In this document: piece after piece, positions 1 through 13,710 of the stretch
Numbering within the stretch: position 1 is the first letter of the stretch
How the letters are laid out: each line of letters opens with the position of its first letter
Source: Octopus vulgaris
Taxonomy: Eukaryota
Direction: 5' to 3'
NCBI GenBank assembly: GCA_951406725.2
Contig: OX597826.1
Coordinates: 44,888,001 to 44,952,000, forward strand
Length of the DNA: 64,000 nt
Program-made: the position numbers and the translations under genes
The notes under the pieces: model-generated
Told to the model about the DNA's origin: nothing
What the model saw: only the letters and a program-made list of their open reading frames with translations
Databases searched by the model: none

Positions 1-231
1 CATTTTTTCTTCATGATCTCTGGCAACTATATCTGGCCTATTGGCCTTAATTTCTCTATTTGTGTGTATTGACATATCAAAGATTATAGTTGCTTTCTCG
101 TGTTCTGTGACCATTTCTGACGTGTGCCTATACCATCTTTTTCTATTGTTATTCTATTGTGTTGGCATAGCTTCCAGTGTATGTAGGTCCCAACTCTGTC
201 GTGTCTGTGAATATATTCCTTCTTAGCCAGG
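1..231 (-). mobile_element. R4/Dong-type non-LTR retrotransposon fragment (restriction-like endonuclease region), 5'-truncated against (TAA)n, runs off the window edge
   Basis: Manual minus-strand translation: LAKKEYIHRHDRVGTYIHWKLCQH...(1-nt frameshift near 130)...WYRHTSEMVTEHEKATIIFDMSIHTNREIKANRPDIVARDHEEK. RHD and RPD motifs are typical of RLE domains; it abuts (ATT)n at 233. Confidence 0.8.
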
Positions 232-249
232 CCATTATTATCATTATTA

Positions 250-338
<89 letters not shown>

Positions 339-376
339 GGTGGTGGTGGTGGTGGTGGTGGTGGTGGTGGTAGTAG

Positions 377-437
<61 letters not shown>

Positions 438-445
438 TAGTAGTA
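232..445. repeat. Compound trinucleotide microsatellite (ATT)n-(AGT)n-(GGT)n-(AGT)n
   Basis: Directly visible. Confidence 0.98.
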
Positions 446-709
446 GGAAATGAGGTAAAATAATATTTGCTGTCCATTTATCCGTCGATACATTCGGAGT
501 TTAAATCCCCTCCAGGATCGTTTTACTTCTTATCATTATGAAGTTGCTAAAGTAAATAAGAGCGGCCATGTTTGAGTAACCACGGTAGGCCAAAACAAAC
601 TCACAATTATAAAGAGAACACACAAAAATAATTTGAAAGTGTACAAACATTTCAGAAATTCTTCAAGCGATTATAATATAAACCAGACCAGAGATACCTG
701 ATGATGGTC

Positions 710-922
710 TTGCTGTTGTTGCTGTTGTTGTTGTTGTTGTTGTTGTCGTCGTCGTCGTCGCTGCGTTTGTTATGGCCGTGGTCATGATTGTTCGAGCTGC
801 TGTTATTCTGCTACACGGCCGGTGATGGTTGCCTCTCATCGTTGCCTGTTTGATAATGTTACTAATAATGACGTCGGCGGCGGTGACGACGAAAGACGAC
901 GACGACGATGACGGCGACGACG

Positions 923-954
<32 letters not shown>

Positions 955-991
955 GATGATGAAGATGATGATGATGATGATGATGATGACC

Positions 992-1022
<31 letters not shown>

Positions 1023-1075
1023 CGACGACGACGATGACGATGATGGCAGCAGCGATCATGATGGTGATGATGATC
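710..1075. repeat. Low-complexity (GTT/GTC)n and (GAC/GAT)n tracts
   Basis: Directly visible; source of the poly-D/H/M/I ORFs. Confidence 0.95.
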
Positions 1076-1197
1076 GTGACGGTGAGAAAACAAGAACGCT
1101 TTACAACCCTATCCTTTTATTAAAAAACCCTCATTCGATTCCGAACTAAAATACTTCAGTCGTGCTTAATTCGTAACAAATGTGCACAGACAACAAG

Positions 1198-1199
1198 AA

Positions 1200-1264
<65 letters not shown>

Positions 1265-1286
1265 CAATAATAATAATAATAATAAC

Positions 1287-1331
<45 letters not shown>

Positions 1332-1334
1332 CAC

Positions 1335-1371
<37 letters not shown>

Positions 1372-1443
1372 TGCGCTCGGTAAAGTGAAAGCAACACTGA
1401 ATAATAATAATAATAATAATAATAACAACAACAACAGCAACAA
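1198..1443. repeat. (AAT)n/(AAC)n microsatellite
   Basis: Directly visible. Confidence 0.97.
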
Positions 1444-2169
1444 CTTTCTTTTCTCATTTTCCGAAATGTAATTGATAAACAGTGATTTCCTAACCAACTG
1501 AAACTGAAGCACGCTAAGGTAACATAATTGCAAATAGAAAGAAGAAAATAACAAAATGCAGAAATTATTTCTGTAATTCAATACTCGTATCATCCTCGTC
1601 TTGTTGCCAACATCTACCAAGGGAGATAATAGTGTTTAATTTACGAAGCTATCTAACTTATTTCCGGTTTGATTTAATTACTTTAAAAAACAAAATTTAG
1701 TTTTAGTCAATAAAATATATGGACGAAATTAGTGATCTCTGGATAAACATTTAATCAAGCAAATATCAACGGTGGCTAAAAAAACAAAACGAAATAAAAA
1801 AAAAAACACCTGTGATGCTCTCTGCGTCAGAAAGAAAAATAGTTAAGCTGGGGCTAACATAGTTAACGTTGTGATGCAAAACTTTCTTTTATTAATTAAA
1901 ATTACACTTCTAATCAAAAAATGAGAATTTATTAGTGTAAATTAGAAAGACTTGTTCTGAGAAGCAAGGGAGATAACTTCGAAATCTAAATAACAAAAGA
2001 TGAGTGCTGTGGTGAATACGTTCAATCTTTGCTAAGGTGATAAAATTTACGTGGTTTTCGCTCTTATTACAACTTATAAGCGTATTCCATTCAATCTTTA
2101 ATTTAGAGACTACATTTGCCTTCCTTTGTTTCCTTTTCTCTCACAACATTAAGCATGTTAAATGTACAT

Positions 2170-2430
2170 GGTATGTACATTAGGTTTCCCACGAAGGCTC
2201 AGAGATTTTATAGACATACGCCACACATCTCTTCAATTATTGCACGGTGTAGGGTAGGATTTGCGGGATATTGCTATCGGGATGCACACCAGGCAGTATC
2301 AAAGTCATAATTTGTAGATTAACACACTCTAACAGAGGACGAAGCCTACACAATTACTTTTATATTAAGACAGACAGGGGAAAATTGAAGCCCTGTCAAA
2401 TTTCTGGCATGGCGTCCTGTAACTCATCTT
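2170..2430 (+). mobile_element. Decayed RTE/RTEX-like LINE ORF C-terminal fragment
   Basis: FPTKAQRFYRHTPHISSIIARCRVGFAGYCYR...VII...NRGRS resembles the RTE-type 'HPT..LY...IS..I..RR..FAGHC.R...RGRP' tail; frameshifted. Confidence 0.55.
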
Positions 2431-3378
2431 GGAAAATAAGGATAATGAAAATATTGTCTCCATTTCCTTCCGCACTTAACTATGCGTACTTTTTGCAGTC
2501 GTACATCCCGGAGTAATTTCAAGGTAACAAGTCAATGAATATCTTTCATACATGATTCTCAAAGTTTTCTTAACTATATGATAAATTTCTTCATCAAAGT
2601 GATATAATAATATCGTACCTTTGGGAAAATATATACTTGTACATTTATTCATTTACTCTTTAATTTGTATCAGTAATAGGGCTCTGGCCATTCTGTGGCC
2701 GGTCTGGAAAGGTCTAGTCAATCAAATTCACAACAGTACTAACGTTTAAAGCTTGATACTTATTTTATCACTCAGTCTTTTTGCCAAACTGCTATGCTAT
2801 GTGCGGGAACGCAAACATATTACACCAGTGTTGAAAGACAAATACATAAATATACTCCTACAGTACCAATTGAAATACGAATACATAAATATGTACGCAG
2901 TAAAATGTGTAGAAAAAAAGTGTACAGGGAACATGCCATTGATTTTGGCAAATCTAACGTTTCGGAGAGAGTCTTCTTGCAGAAAAAGTTACCAAGAGAG
3001 ATACCAATGAGAGACAGTAGAATTTACCTTCTAAGTTAAAATCCTGGCTGCAACTAATAAGAAACATAGGACCACGTGCGCATAATACTTGAACAGAAAA
3101 ATGGAAGAAGAAAGAGTGTGAGAAGGTAAGAAGAGAGAAGAATTGAATGAAGAGAGAAAGCAGGCACAGTTGAAAGGGAGGTGAAGGGAAAAGAGAAGGT
3201 GAGAGAGTGTTTTAAGTATGAAAAGCTGCTTAATGAATCAAGTGGAGTTTTGAGAGTAGAAGGAAAAAACTTTCATTGAAGTCTCTCCAATCTTTGATCA
3301 ATAATGTGCAGCGATGTCACAGAGATCAATGAGTGATGGAATGGTCTGTAGTCTTCAGGTGGTTGGCGACAGTCTGAG

Positions 3379-3428
<50 letters not shown>

Positions 3429-4774
3429 GTATGTATGTGTGTGTGTATAGAGAGAGAGAGTGAGTGAGAGGGAGACACGACAGGTTTCCGCACAGTTTCT
3501 CCTTACTAAACTCTCTCACAAGGTATTGTCGGCTTGAAGCTATAGTAAAAGACACTTTACCAGAAGTACTACTGCCAGTAAAAGTGAACCCAAACCCATG
3601 TGACTCCAGAACAAACTTTCTAGTTACACATCTATTTGATATATTTTATATTTTTTCAAATTTGTAACTGTAATATCTACATAGTTTCTATAAACACAGA
3701 TTAATGGATAATTGACAATTATAAACAGCAAGAAAATTTCAATAACAAATTAAAACCCAGATATAACTAGTTTCGGGAAATTTATTCATCTTATTGTATC
3801 TTACTTTTAATTAATTATTTTTTAATTGTCTTCTAAAAAAAACTCCGTTTATATGTATTTCTGTACATATAAAACATTTTGATGTTAAAATTTTTATGAC
3901 ATAATTATGTGAAGCAATTTGTATAGTCATTCGTATGCTATTCATTCTCATTTAATTATTCAATGAACCTAACGTTTCATTTTTAAAAATTTCCTTGTAT
4001 CAAGGTTAAATGTCATTTATATGATCAAACAGCTACAAACATAATTTTTATTAGATGTTTTAGGCCACCATGGTAATTCGTGTGAAAAGTATTTTGTAAA
4101 TTGCTTTCACTATATATTTGTAGTTTGTAGCCGCGCTAAAAAGCATCGATTTCTAGCAACTTGGTACTGTTATATAATTTCATCTTGAGACATCGGTTCA
4201 CTTCGTTTTCATAAGTTACTTGCAAAGCAAAAATGTATGAATGTCACAACTTCTAATTTTCTCCTATTTATGATGACCTTTCAGAAGAGAGAAATGTAAA
4301 CGAATATTACAATATAAGATTCACAATATAGATAGTGGGCTGGCTGAGAATATAGAAAATCATATTAAATATTTAGTTACGGCTTTATGCATTCGGAATA
4401 CAAATGGCACCAAGGTAGCCATTTCTTTTATATCTTCTGGATCGATAAACTAAATAACATTAATATTTTTGATCGATTGAATCAACCATACCAATTCCTT
4501 AGAAATAAATGCCCGAATGTCTAAACAGGAACAAAATATTTGTCCAAAACTAGAGGTTGCTGACGAAAGCAGAGTTTAAAATCTCCTGAGTTTACTTTGT
4601 CAGGTTCAAAGACAGCTCAGACAATAGATACCAGTTACATACTGTTCAAGTCAATGGAAAGAAAACTTTGTTCTATAAAATATTTCTTAAATTACGGGTG
4701 TGGTGACACACTTTCCTTTAATTGCTATGATTAAATATACAAATAGTTTATCTAGTTTACTTCAAGTTATAACT

Positions 4775-5170
4775 GATTTCGAATTTTGGCACAAGGACTG
4801 CAATTTTAGGGGAGGTGCAAGTCGATTCCATCGACTCCAATTTTCAAAGGATACTTATTTTATCGACCCCAGAAGTATGAAAGGCAAAGTCGACCACGGT
4901 AGAATGCGGCTCACCGTTTTTCTTGACGTCCTAATTATTCTGCCAGCTCGCAACCCTATGTTAAGCTGTAATATTGATTTCAAATTTTGGCACGAGGTCA
5001 GGAATATTTCAAGAGAGTTCAGAACGATCCCAGAATGTAATATGTACTTGTTCTATCGACTATGAAAGGGTGAAAGTTATAGTCGACCTCGGTAGAATTT
5101 GGACTCAGAACATAAATACGGACGAAATGCCGCTCAGCATTTTACCGGAAGTGCTAATGAGCCTGCCAGC
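4775..5170 (-). mobile_element. Two tandem degenerate copies of SINE family S2 (Meta-like domain)
   Basis: TTTATCGACCCC..ATGAAAGGCAAAGTCGACC and TGCCAGCTC head motifs occur twice. Confidence 0.75.
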
Positions 5171-5398
5171 TCATGTGTGTGTGTGTATCAATACCTATCT
5201 ATATGTATTAATATACAAACACATATATAAACAAACATATACATAAGTGTATGTACATACATCCACACACATATATATATGTACATATATGTATATATGT
5301 ACATATATATATGTATATATATGCATATATATCTACATATATATATATGTATATACATATATACATATATACATATATACATGCATTCATATATACGC

Positions 5399-5450
<52 letters not shown>

Positions 5451-6004
5451 GCGCACCTTTCCATAAACCAGAGTTGATAATTATAAAGCTATTGTTTCTA
5501 ACTTATAACAACGCTTGATCATGTTATCTCTAAGTAATTCACAATAAATGTAGCCTGGGTTTGTCACAACCTACTTTCTCAACTACCAGCCGTTTCTAAT
5601 ACCATTGTTTCTAATTCTAATTTACTTTACTAAACAGATATTTCAACATAGATTGTGGCATTGCAATTCAAGGCTGCTATATCACATGATTAGTTTAGCG
5701 TCTTCAGTTTTATCTGTTGCAATTTAGATGGATTCGTGACTAAGATTCGATATCCAAGCTACATTTTATTGTTATATCACTAATAATCCCAATGAATTGT
5801 TTCTTTATGGTAATAGATTACTCGCTGCTGGTCTGTGTATGTCTAATTTGTTACGATATGGATTTGAGATTAAATTTTAAAATTCTTATAAGATATGAAC
5901 AAAGGAAGACCACTTATTTCTATTTCTTTTATCGATTTACATTATTTCTTTCTAAAACTTCGTATAACTCATTAATCGGTTGTGTAGTTTTATTTCTTCT
6001 CTTT

Positions 6005-6410
6005 TACTTCTAAGAGACATTGGACAGCAGCCATGCTAAGGCAACGTTTTGAATACTTTTGCTGAATAACTGGAGCGCAGTACGTAATTCTTATCGGACA
6101 TTTTTTGCCGAACCGCCAAGTTATGGGTATGTCAACAAACCAATACCGGATATCTAGCGTTTGTTGAGGACAAAGATAAACACAAGGGTGTACACATATA
6201 TACAAACACACACACACACACACACAAACTCACACACTAACACAGGCATACACACACACGTTCTCGGGCTTTCACTATATTTCTGTCTACCACATGTACA
6301 CATAAATCATTAGTCGGCTGGTGCCAAAGTAGAAGACACCAGTGGAACTGAACTTTAAATCTCAGGGTGGCATAACGAGTTTCTTAACTATATATCCATT
6401 CCTGCACCTA
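6005..6410 (-). mobile_element. Degenerate SINE family S1 (CORE-like)
   Basis: TTTTGCCGAACCGCCAAGTTA, AGTAGAAGACAC and CCTGCACCT match S1 copies elsewhere in the window. Confidence 0.7.
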
Positions 6411-6895
6411 TGTTAATTATTCTGGTTCATTTTCTTTTTCTTTTCTTTTTTTTTTTTGATAAGGATGAAAATGGTCGAATAGATATAATTATTATTGGCA
6501 AATGATATGAAATTTCAAAACATTCCAGAAGATTCTAAAGCTACATCGATTTCTTTTTAATGTTTTCTTTTCACTTATTACGTACTGAACGTATTGCTAC
6601 CCAAACGTAGCGGCTGATGGTGTTTGTAGTCCGACAAACGCGCTGTCGCGGCAAACACCATGGGTCTATCAGCCGCAACTAAATTCAAACCACGACGAAG
6701 ACAGATGGCCTTGAAGTCAACGATTTTAAACTAACGGAGACAACACTCGTATATCGCCTGGCGAAATAGATCTAGATCTCATTATGCAAACAGACAGTTG
6801 CATAACCAAATACCTATATTCTCGGAGAACTACGTTGCGTCGAAAGAATTGCACTCCATCTTCAATTGTATATATGTATGTATGTATTATGAATG

Positions 6896-6947
<52 letters not shown>

Positions 6948-7087
6948 TATATATATAATATTAAATTAGAGATAAAACCACTATTAGGCAAATCATACAA
7001 TGAAAAACTCAAGCCAATACATAAGATTAATTAATTTATATCATTTTAAATATATATCAAAATTATTAAAAAAAAGATAATTAGTAT

Positions 7088-7155
7088 AACACTACGATCG
7101 TTTCATGGCTGTCCAATTCTTAAAATTTCGGGTTACAGTCATTCTTCAGGTGATT
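7088..7155 (-). ncRNA. Type I hammerhead ribozyme motif (intact core)
   Basis: Minus strand: aucac CUGAAGA augacugu...acagccau GAAAC gauc GUA guguu. Helix I cac/gug, helix II 7/8 bp, 2-bp helix III with palindromic GAUC loop. Lies in an insert starting at a (TA)n tract (~6960). Confidence 0.8.
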
Positions 7156-7515
7156 TAAATATTTAACTTAGCGAGGTTTAATATATATATATAGCTATGT
7201 TGGTGCAAACAAGAAAAGTAGAGCTAAAAATATGAGTATGTGTATGTTTTTATTAATATTTAGCACAAATAACAGAGTGACTCAAGTTCCGAGAGTTCCG
7301 TGCGTTGGCACTTATGAAACGCACGAAACTCTCAGGATTTGAGTCACTTTGTTATTTCTACTACATAAACACACACACACACTTGTACTCATATTATTGT
7401 GTGTGTATATATTTATATATATATAGGGAGAATTCACAAAAAGAACAAAAGACAAAGACAGGTGGTGTAGAAAATAAACAGATGTATTAATATAACGCTC
7501 AGGGATTGAAAATGT

Positions 7516-7551
7516 CTTTAACGTTTCGAGCCCACGCTCTTCCACAGAAAG
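7516..7551 (-). ncRNA. Minimal hammerhead-like motif, family A (A6U variant)
   Basis: Minus: cuuu CUGUGGA a gagc gugg gcuc GAAAC GUU aaag, within a ~200-bp element (7424-7622) ending at (TA)n. Confidence 0.6.
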
Positions 7552-8728
7552 GAACACAGAAAGAAACAAGGAGACAAACAAGGAGAGAAAAAAATGTGTG
7601 TAGTGGCTAGCGATCTATCATGTTATATAAAATCTATTCTTCAAATAGATTATAGAAGTGTTCAAGAATTATTTTTAAGAGTACACCTTTCTGTTCAAGC
7701 ACTTACATGGAATTTTAGGAGCAGATCGGACACCTTAATCCTCGCTCTAGATCGAAGGTGCATCATCTCCACCACCACCACCAACACTACCACTATCACC
7801 ACTACTGCTATCACCTGCAGCGTCACGTGATGCAGTAAGCCTAACCACCTCTGAATCCAATAATAAAACTGGTGGTTCCAACATGCCGAGAATTTAAAAG
7901 ACTCGGTTAATTACTAGTCTAACTGAACTGTATAAATATTTTATTACATTCCTTTCCTTCAATTACCACTGGGAATATCTCGAAGATCTTAAGGTAAAGT
8001 GTTGTTTATATTTATATAACGATATATAAATGTACGTATATATATACACATACATATATATATATATATATATACATACACACACACTCTCATACACTCA
8101 CATATGTAAACATATACACGTATATAAATACATATATATATGTATGTATATGTATGAATGAATGTGTGGGTGTTTGTGTGTGTCTGTACGTGTGTGTGTA
8201 CGCTTGTGTGTGTACGCGTGTGTGTGTGTATTTGTGTGTGTGTGTGTGATTAATAAACCGGATACCTGATAATGTCCCCTAATTTGTTTTGCAGCACTTT
8301 CAACTTTTGCTGATAAAGCATTTTAACTGTGTAACAGGATATAAGAGCGAGAATTGCCATGTTAAATTTCTATGTAAATCTGCTAACAGAAATATATTAC
8401 TTCCTCAATTATACAAACGGACATTTTCTTTCATCTTTTCAGGTTTATTCCCTCAGTGCTTCATCACTAAAACGATGTTACAAACGTCTTCAAAGTAATC
8501 AAATTCTTGCCGTAGGATTCCGAAATATCAGGAACCGTGGCAAATTATTTAAGTGGCATAAAAGAAACAATAACGAAAACCAGGGTTTACAGGGCTAAAT
8601 GCTTCTGTTTCAATCAAATGCTTCTCATTCAGTTAAAATTTTTGTATACACACATGGAGGTTGAAATACGTAATTACACAACCATAACTATATAAACGCA
8701 CACAGATGCGTTCACACACACACACATT

Positions 8729-8891
8729 GGTGCAGCAGTGGCTGTGTGGTGAGAAGTTTACTTCGCAACCACATGGTTCAGGTTTCAGTCCCAATGAGTA
8801 GTACCTTGGGCGGGTGTCGTCTACTATAGCCTCGAGCCGACAAAAGAGTTGTGAGTGGATTTGGTTGAGGGAAACTGAAAAAAGCCTGTCG

Positions 8892-8976
<85 letters not shown>

Positions 8977-9206
8977 GCGTGTCTGTGTGTATGTGTTTTT
9001 GTGTCTGTATTTGTCACCACTGGCATCGCCTGACAAACGGTGTCGGTGTGTTTACGCCCATGTAAATTAGCAGTTCGGCAAAAGAGAACGATAGAATAAG
9101 TACTAGCCTTACAAAGAATAAGTCCTGAATTCGATTTATTCCACTAAAGGCGGTGTTCAAGAATGGCCGCAGCCAAATGACTGAAACAATTGAAAGAGTA
9201 AAAGGA
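8729..9206 (+). mobile_element. Full-length SINE family S1 (tRNA-like head, CORE-like block, internal (TA)n(TG)n, LINE-like tail)
   Basis: A-box TGGCTGTGTGG, B-box-like GGTTTCAGTCCC, CCTTGGGC..GTGTC, tail TGGCCGCAGCCAAATGACTGAAAC. Confidence 0.9.
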
Positions 9207-9287
9207 TATGTTAACATGTATGTGTGTGTGTATGAATGCGCGCGTGTATATATGTATATATGTACGTATATACACGCGCGCATTCAT

Positions 9288-9376
<89 letters not shown>

Positions 9377-9414
9377 CATACATACATATATATATATATC
9401 ATACATATACATAC

Positions 9415-9448
<34 letters not shown>

Positions 9449-9565
9449 TCATACATAGAAATATATATGCAGATATATGGAATCATAATATCACAAACTG
9501 TAAGACTGATATTTAAAGTATATGCATAGACACATATACATAAACGTATATATTTACCTACCAGA

Positions 9566-9614
<49 letters not shown>

Positions 9615-10178
9615 CACACATTCACCTATAGTCACGCCCACGCTATTGTGTCGTTTGACGGCGGTATTTAAGAATTTCGACGTGAAATAAAAACCGATGT
9701 CGGAAGAACGTCACTTGATGCGAAACTTTATCAATGCTTTGCTCTGAAAGATGATAGCAAGATATTCAGTCGGTGCCAGCGCGTCAAAATTAGTCTGACG
9801 TGTCTATTAACGGTGATTCGGGATATATTTTGCAGTGAAATGCTTATTGTCCAGGAAACGTTTTGTACAGGAAGAGACTCACCATTGTCATTTTCTTTTC
9901 TTATTTTTTATCCTATGTGCGATGTGATGGAGGTGGTGTTACTTTCTAGCAGTGTTTGAAACAGTTCGTATGTTTCCATAATCTAATGGAATTTCATAGG
10001 CATTCGGAAATGCTGAAAAAATGGAAATAAACGACTTGGTATGTGTTTATATCGGGTGCAGGCAACCTTTTAAAAGAAGCGTACAACATGAGACATGGCT
10101 TCTTATGAGGCGGACCGTTTGTTTCTCATGACTGGTACATACATACATACAAACATACATAATACATACATACATACA

Positions 10179-10210
<32 letters not shown>

Positions 10211-10707
10211 CATACATGTGTATATATGTCGAACGATGAAAATGAATGCTCAATAGCGCATTGGTGGATAGAATTTATTTGTGTCTTATGACTACCATTG
10301 GTTTCAGATATTTAAGCTATTTTTCTGAAGATAAAACCAATGATAGCTTTAATGCACACACATATACACACACACACACATGCACACACACACATGCACA
10401 CACACACACACACATGCACACACACACACACACACATGCACACACATGCACACACACACACAACAGATTTCCACGCATTCCCAACAACCAGATTCTACTC
10501 ACGATGTATCAATCATCTTATATGTGTGTGCGCGCGCGAATCTGTTAACGGCTTTCGAATTATTCTAAAAGGATTACTTATAGATTTATATGCACTGTGA
10601 AAACCAATTCCAAACAAAGAGCAAAAACAAAAAATAATTATTCCACGGTTTATCTGAAATTTAGAAATATATAATGACTTCAACAATTTATATACATACA
10701 TAAACAC

Positions 10708-10756
<49 letters not shown>

Positions 10757-11020
10757 CTCAATTTTGCATTTGATTTGAAATTGTAGGTTTAATATTAGCA
10801 TAATGACCTAATGACCTCCTGATAAGTATATATATATATATATATTTATAAATTGAGATAGGGGTTGTGAGTGCAACCCACCATGGGATAACATATATCC
10901 AATATACTGCCAGTTAAGTACCCAACAAAATTAATACATAAATGTTAAGAATTGCGATGCAATTAATTCATTTATTGTATTATATGGGCGAAGGTAAAAT
11001 GTTTTACCACAAATTTATAA

Positions 11021-11265
11021 TACAAAATAAGAAAATGGAGAAATACACCTTAATCAATAATCAACTATCAGATAATACCCATTCACATAATTCATTAACC
11101 AGCTACATATGAACATCAAGGTCAAACATAATAGTACAGAACAAAACAGTGCACATCAATGAGTAATATGATACAATAAGTACAATATGTATAAATAAAT
11201 ATAAAGGGTATTATCTGATAGTTGATTATTGATTAAGGTATATTTCTCCATTTTCTTATTTTGTA
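11021..11265. repeat. Inverted repeat, 60-bp arms (11021-11080 / 11206-11265), 1 mismatch
   Basis: TACAAAATAAGAAAATGGAG...GATAATACCC versus GGGTATTATC...CTTATTTTGTA; lies in a microsatellite-flanked insert (~10850-11265). Confidence 0.92.
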
Positions 11266-11275
11266 ATATATATAC

Positions 11276-11310
<35 letters not shown>

Positions 11311-12129
11311 TGTATGTATGTATGTATGTATGTGTGTCTGTATGTCTGTATGCATTAATTTATGAATGTATGCATGTATTAATTGCTGGTAGGGACACCT
11401 TATTTCCTCCTGCAGTCATAATATACTACCAAGTATGTTTAAGGTCTATAAATCAATCTTGTGTCCTGTTTCATGTGTTAGCAGTGCGATACACACGCGC
11501 ACACATACATATATGTATATCTAAACGTATATTTGTATGCATACAATTTCACTCACGCTTATGCGTACATGAATACAGAGAGAAAAAATGGATATTCTCT
11601 GATGATTACTAATGAGTTATACACTCGACAGTACCTTTACAAATCAGGTACTCATCTGTGGAAGCGCTTTGTAATAAAGAACAAGCACTTATGTTCGTTG
11701 ATCAATTCATTGATAATCCTCTGTATGATAATACGCACAAATCTTTGTGCTTTGCCGACAAGAGTGTTTTAAACTCGACATTATTTTTCATTTAAGCGGT
11801 TCTAATGTTATTTAGCCTCCCCGATGTTTCAGTCACGCGTAAGGAAAGTTAGAAAGAGAATCCTTGATGAAAAGGTCTTGCAGGTAAAATTGAAGTAGAA
11901 ATTGGAAAACCTGTAGCAAGTTTTTGAGCTTATTGAGCTTCGAGTTTAACACTGGTTCCTTTGCGTTTTCAACGTCACTTCTACCTTATTCATTTATTCA
12001 AGAAAGATCGCAGATCGCGGGATTAAACACTTTTCTGAAGTGTTAAACTATGAGTTTGTTGAGGTTGATGTCGGAATTAACACCATTGAACAAAGTCTTC
12101 TCGTCACCTTCTTGTACACGTCACCATTA

Positions 12130-12372
12130 TGCATACATATAAACATACATACATATATACACACACACATACATGCATACATACGTACACACATACATAC
12201 ATACATACATACATACATACATACATGCATGCATACATACATACATACATGCATACATGCATACATACATGCATACATACATACATACATACATACATAC
12301 ATACATACATACATACATACATACATACATACATGCATGCATACATACATACATACATACATACATACATAA
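12130..12372. repeat. (TACA)n microsatellite
   Basis: Directly visible. Confidence 0.97.
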
Positions 12373-13349
12373 CATAATAGAGTTAAAGAGACCTTCTGAA
12401 TCTTACACCGAAATACAACGAAATTATAGGTTCAGAAATTATAGGTTTCTGCAAATATTGAAAGATTTTCTGAAAGTATTCTACAATCAATAGCAAAAAT
12501 ATTACTAGGAAGCGTACAATTTCTATTCAGAGTTGGTTTCCTAAAGATTAGAGTCTTTCCGTCTCTGTCTCTCTTTCTTGCTAAATCATACAATGCCATT
12601 ATTTTAGAGTAGAACTTCATTGTTAAGGGAGATAAAATATAAGAGAATAAAAAAATACCCATAAAAACTAGTATTACGAAACTGCCATATTTTCCTGAAA
12701 CTGCCATCACTTTCAAAATTAGTTTAGGTTTAAAATTCAAAACGAATCTGGTAGCAGAAACTTAATTTCTTCTCTCCATTATATTTCTCTATTTTGATTA
12801 TATTCCGATATTTATATTACATACATCTATTTTACTTTATTTCTGTATTATGCCATACATTTCTATATAATCCCTTGTTTTTCGATTCTTTTTTTCTTTT
12901 GTCATATATCATATGAATAGCTTAAAATATTATCCATTAAACTCTCTAACCAGAATAATTGTACCTGAAGGGTAATCCAGCTTCAGAATATTTTTCTGGT
13001 GCTGCATTGACCACAAATTTGAAATTTATTTTCGACATTCGTCTAAAGTATGGCAGACACATCATGCCAGTTTTCATTACAATTCTTCACACTTACATTG
13101 CAGGATTTGGAAGATGACGCAAATTGTTTAGGGTGCTTTTTGTTTTAGCCTGATGGGGTCTTTCTAATTGCAATCTTCTCTTGGCGTTGCCGGTTGCAGA
13201 TCATACCTTATTTCACACTGTATAGACAATGCATGGACGTTGACGAAAACTCTTTCAGAAAAATTAAAACTTTTTGAAATAAAAGTGGTGTTCTAGGATG
13301 ATCACAACACCATGACCACAACCACGTGGTTCAAACGTATAAAAGAATA

Positions 13350-13710
13350 AAAGAATATAGACGAATGTTAAAAATATCTTGGATATAACATAAAACTAAT
13401 AAAGAAGTGCTACAACTAGCAAATACAAAAAGATCATTACTCTCAACTGTTAAAAAAAAAGGGAAGTTAAAGTACTTTGGTCATTAGTAAAAGCACAACA
13501 TATAAAAAAGATTATTATTAGGAAGCAAGATAAATAGCAAACTATTGAGAAGAAGAACCAGAACAAAATCGTTTTATATAACCAAGGACGGAATAAATTT
13601 ACAAATGGTGAATGTGTAAGAATGGCAGAGAAAAAAAGTTGAATAAATATCCTTAATATTCAACATGCTGAAAACAGATGACATCTATAGATGATGATGA
13701 TGATGATGAC
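13350..13710 (+). mobile_element. Decayed RTE/BovB-like LINE 3' end with (GAT)n tail
   Basis: YRRMLKISWI*HKTNKEVLQLANTKRSLLSTVKK..KLKYFGH is a typical RTE ORF C-terminus; ends in gatgatgatg. Confidence 0.8.

Noticed and set aside
695-715. Isolated CTGATGA/CTGAAGA/CTGACGA heptamers (also near 4560, 10325, 11599, 14480, 16898, 49975)
   Set aside because: No helix II plus GAAA plus NUH plus helix I arrangement follows; expected by chance.
8425-8598. Polypyrimidine-CAG acceptor followed by a short open frame; also a minus-strand exon-like segment at 53645-53750
   Set aside because: No recognisable protein similarity and no partner exons; splice-like motifs are common in AT-rich DNA.
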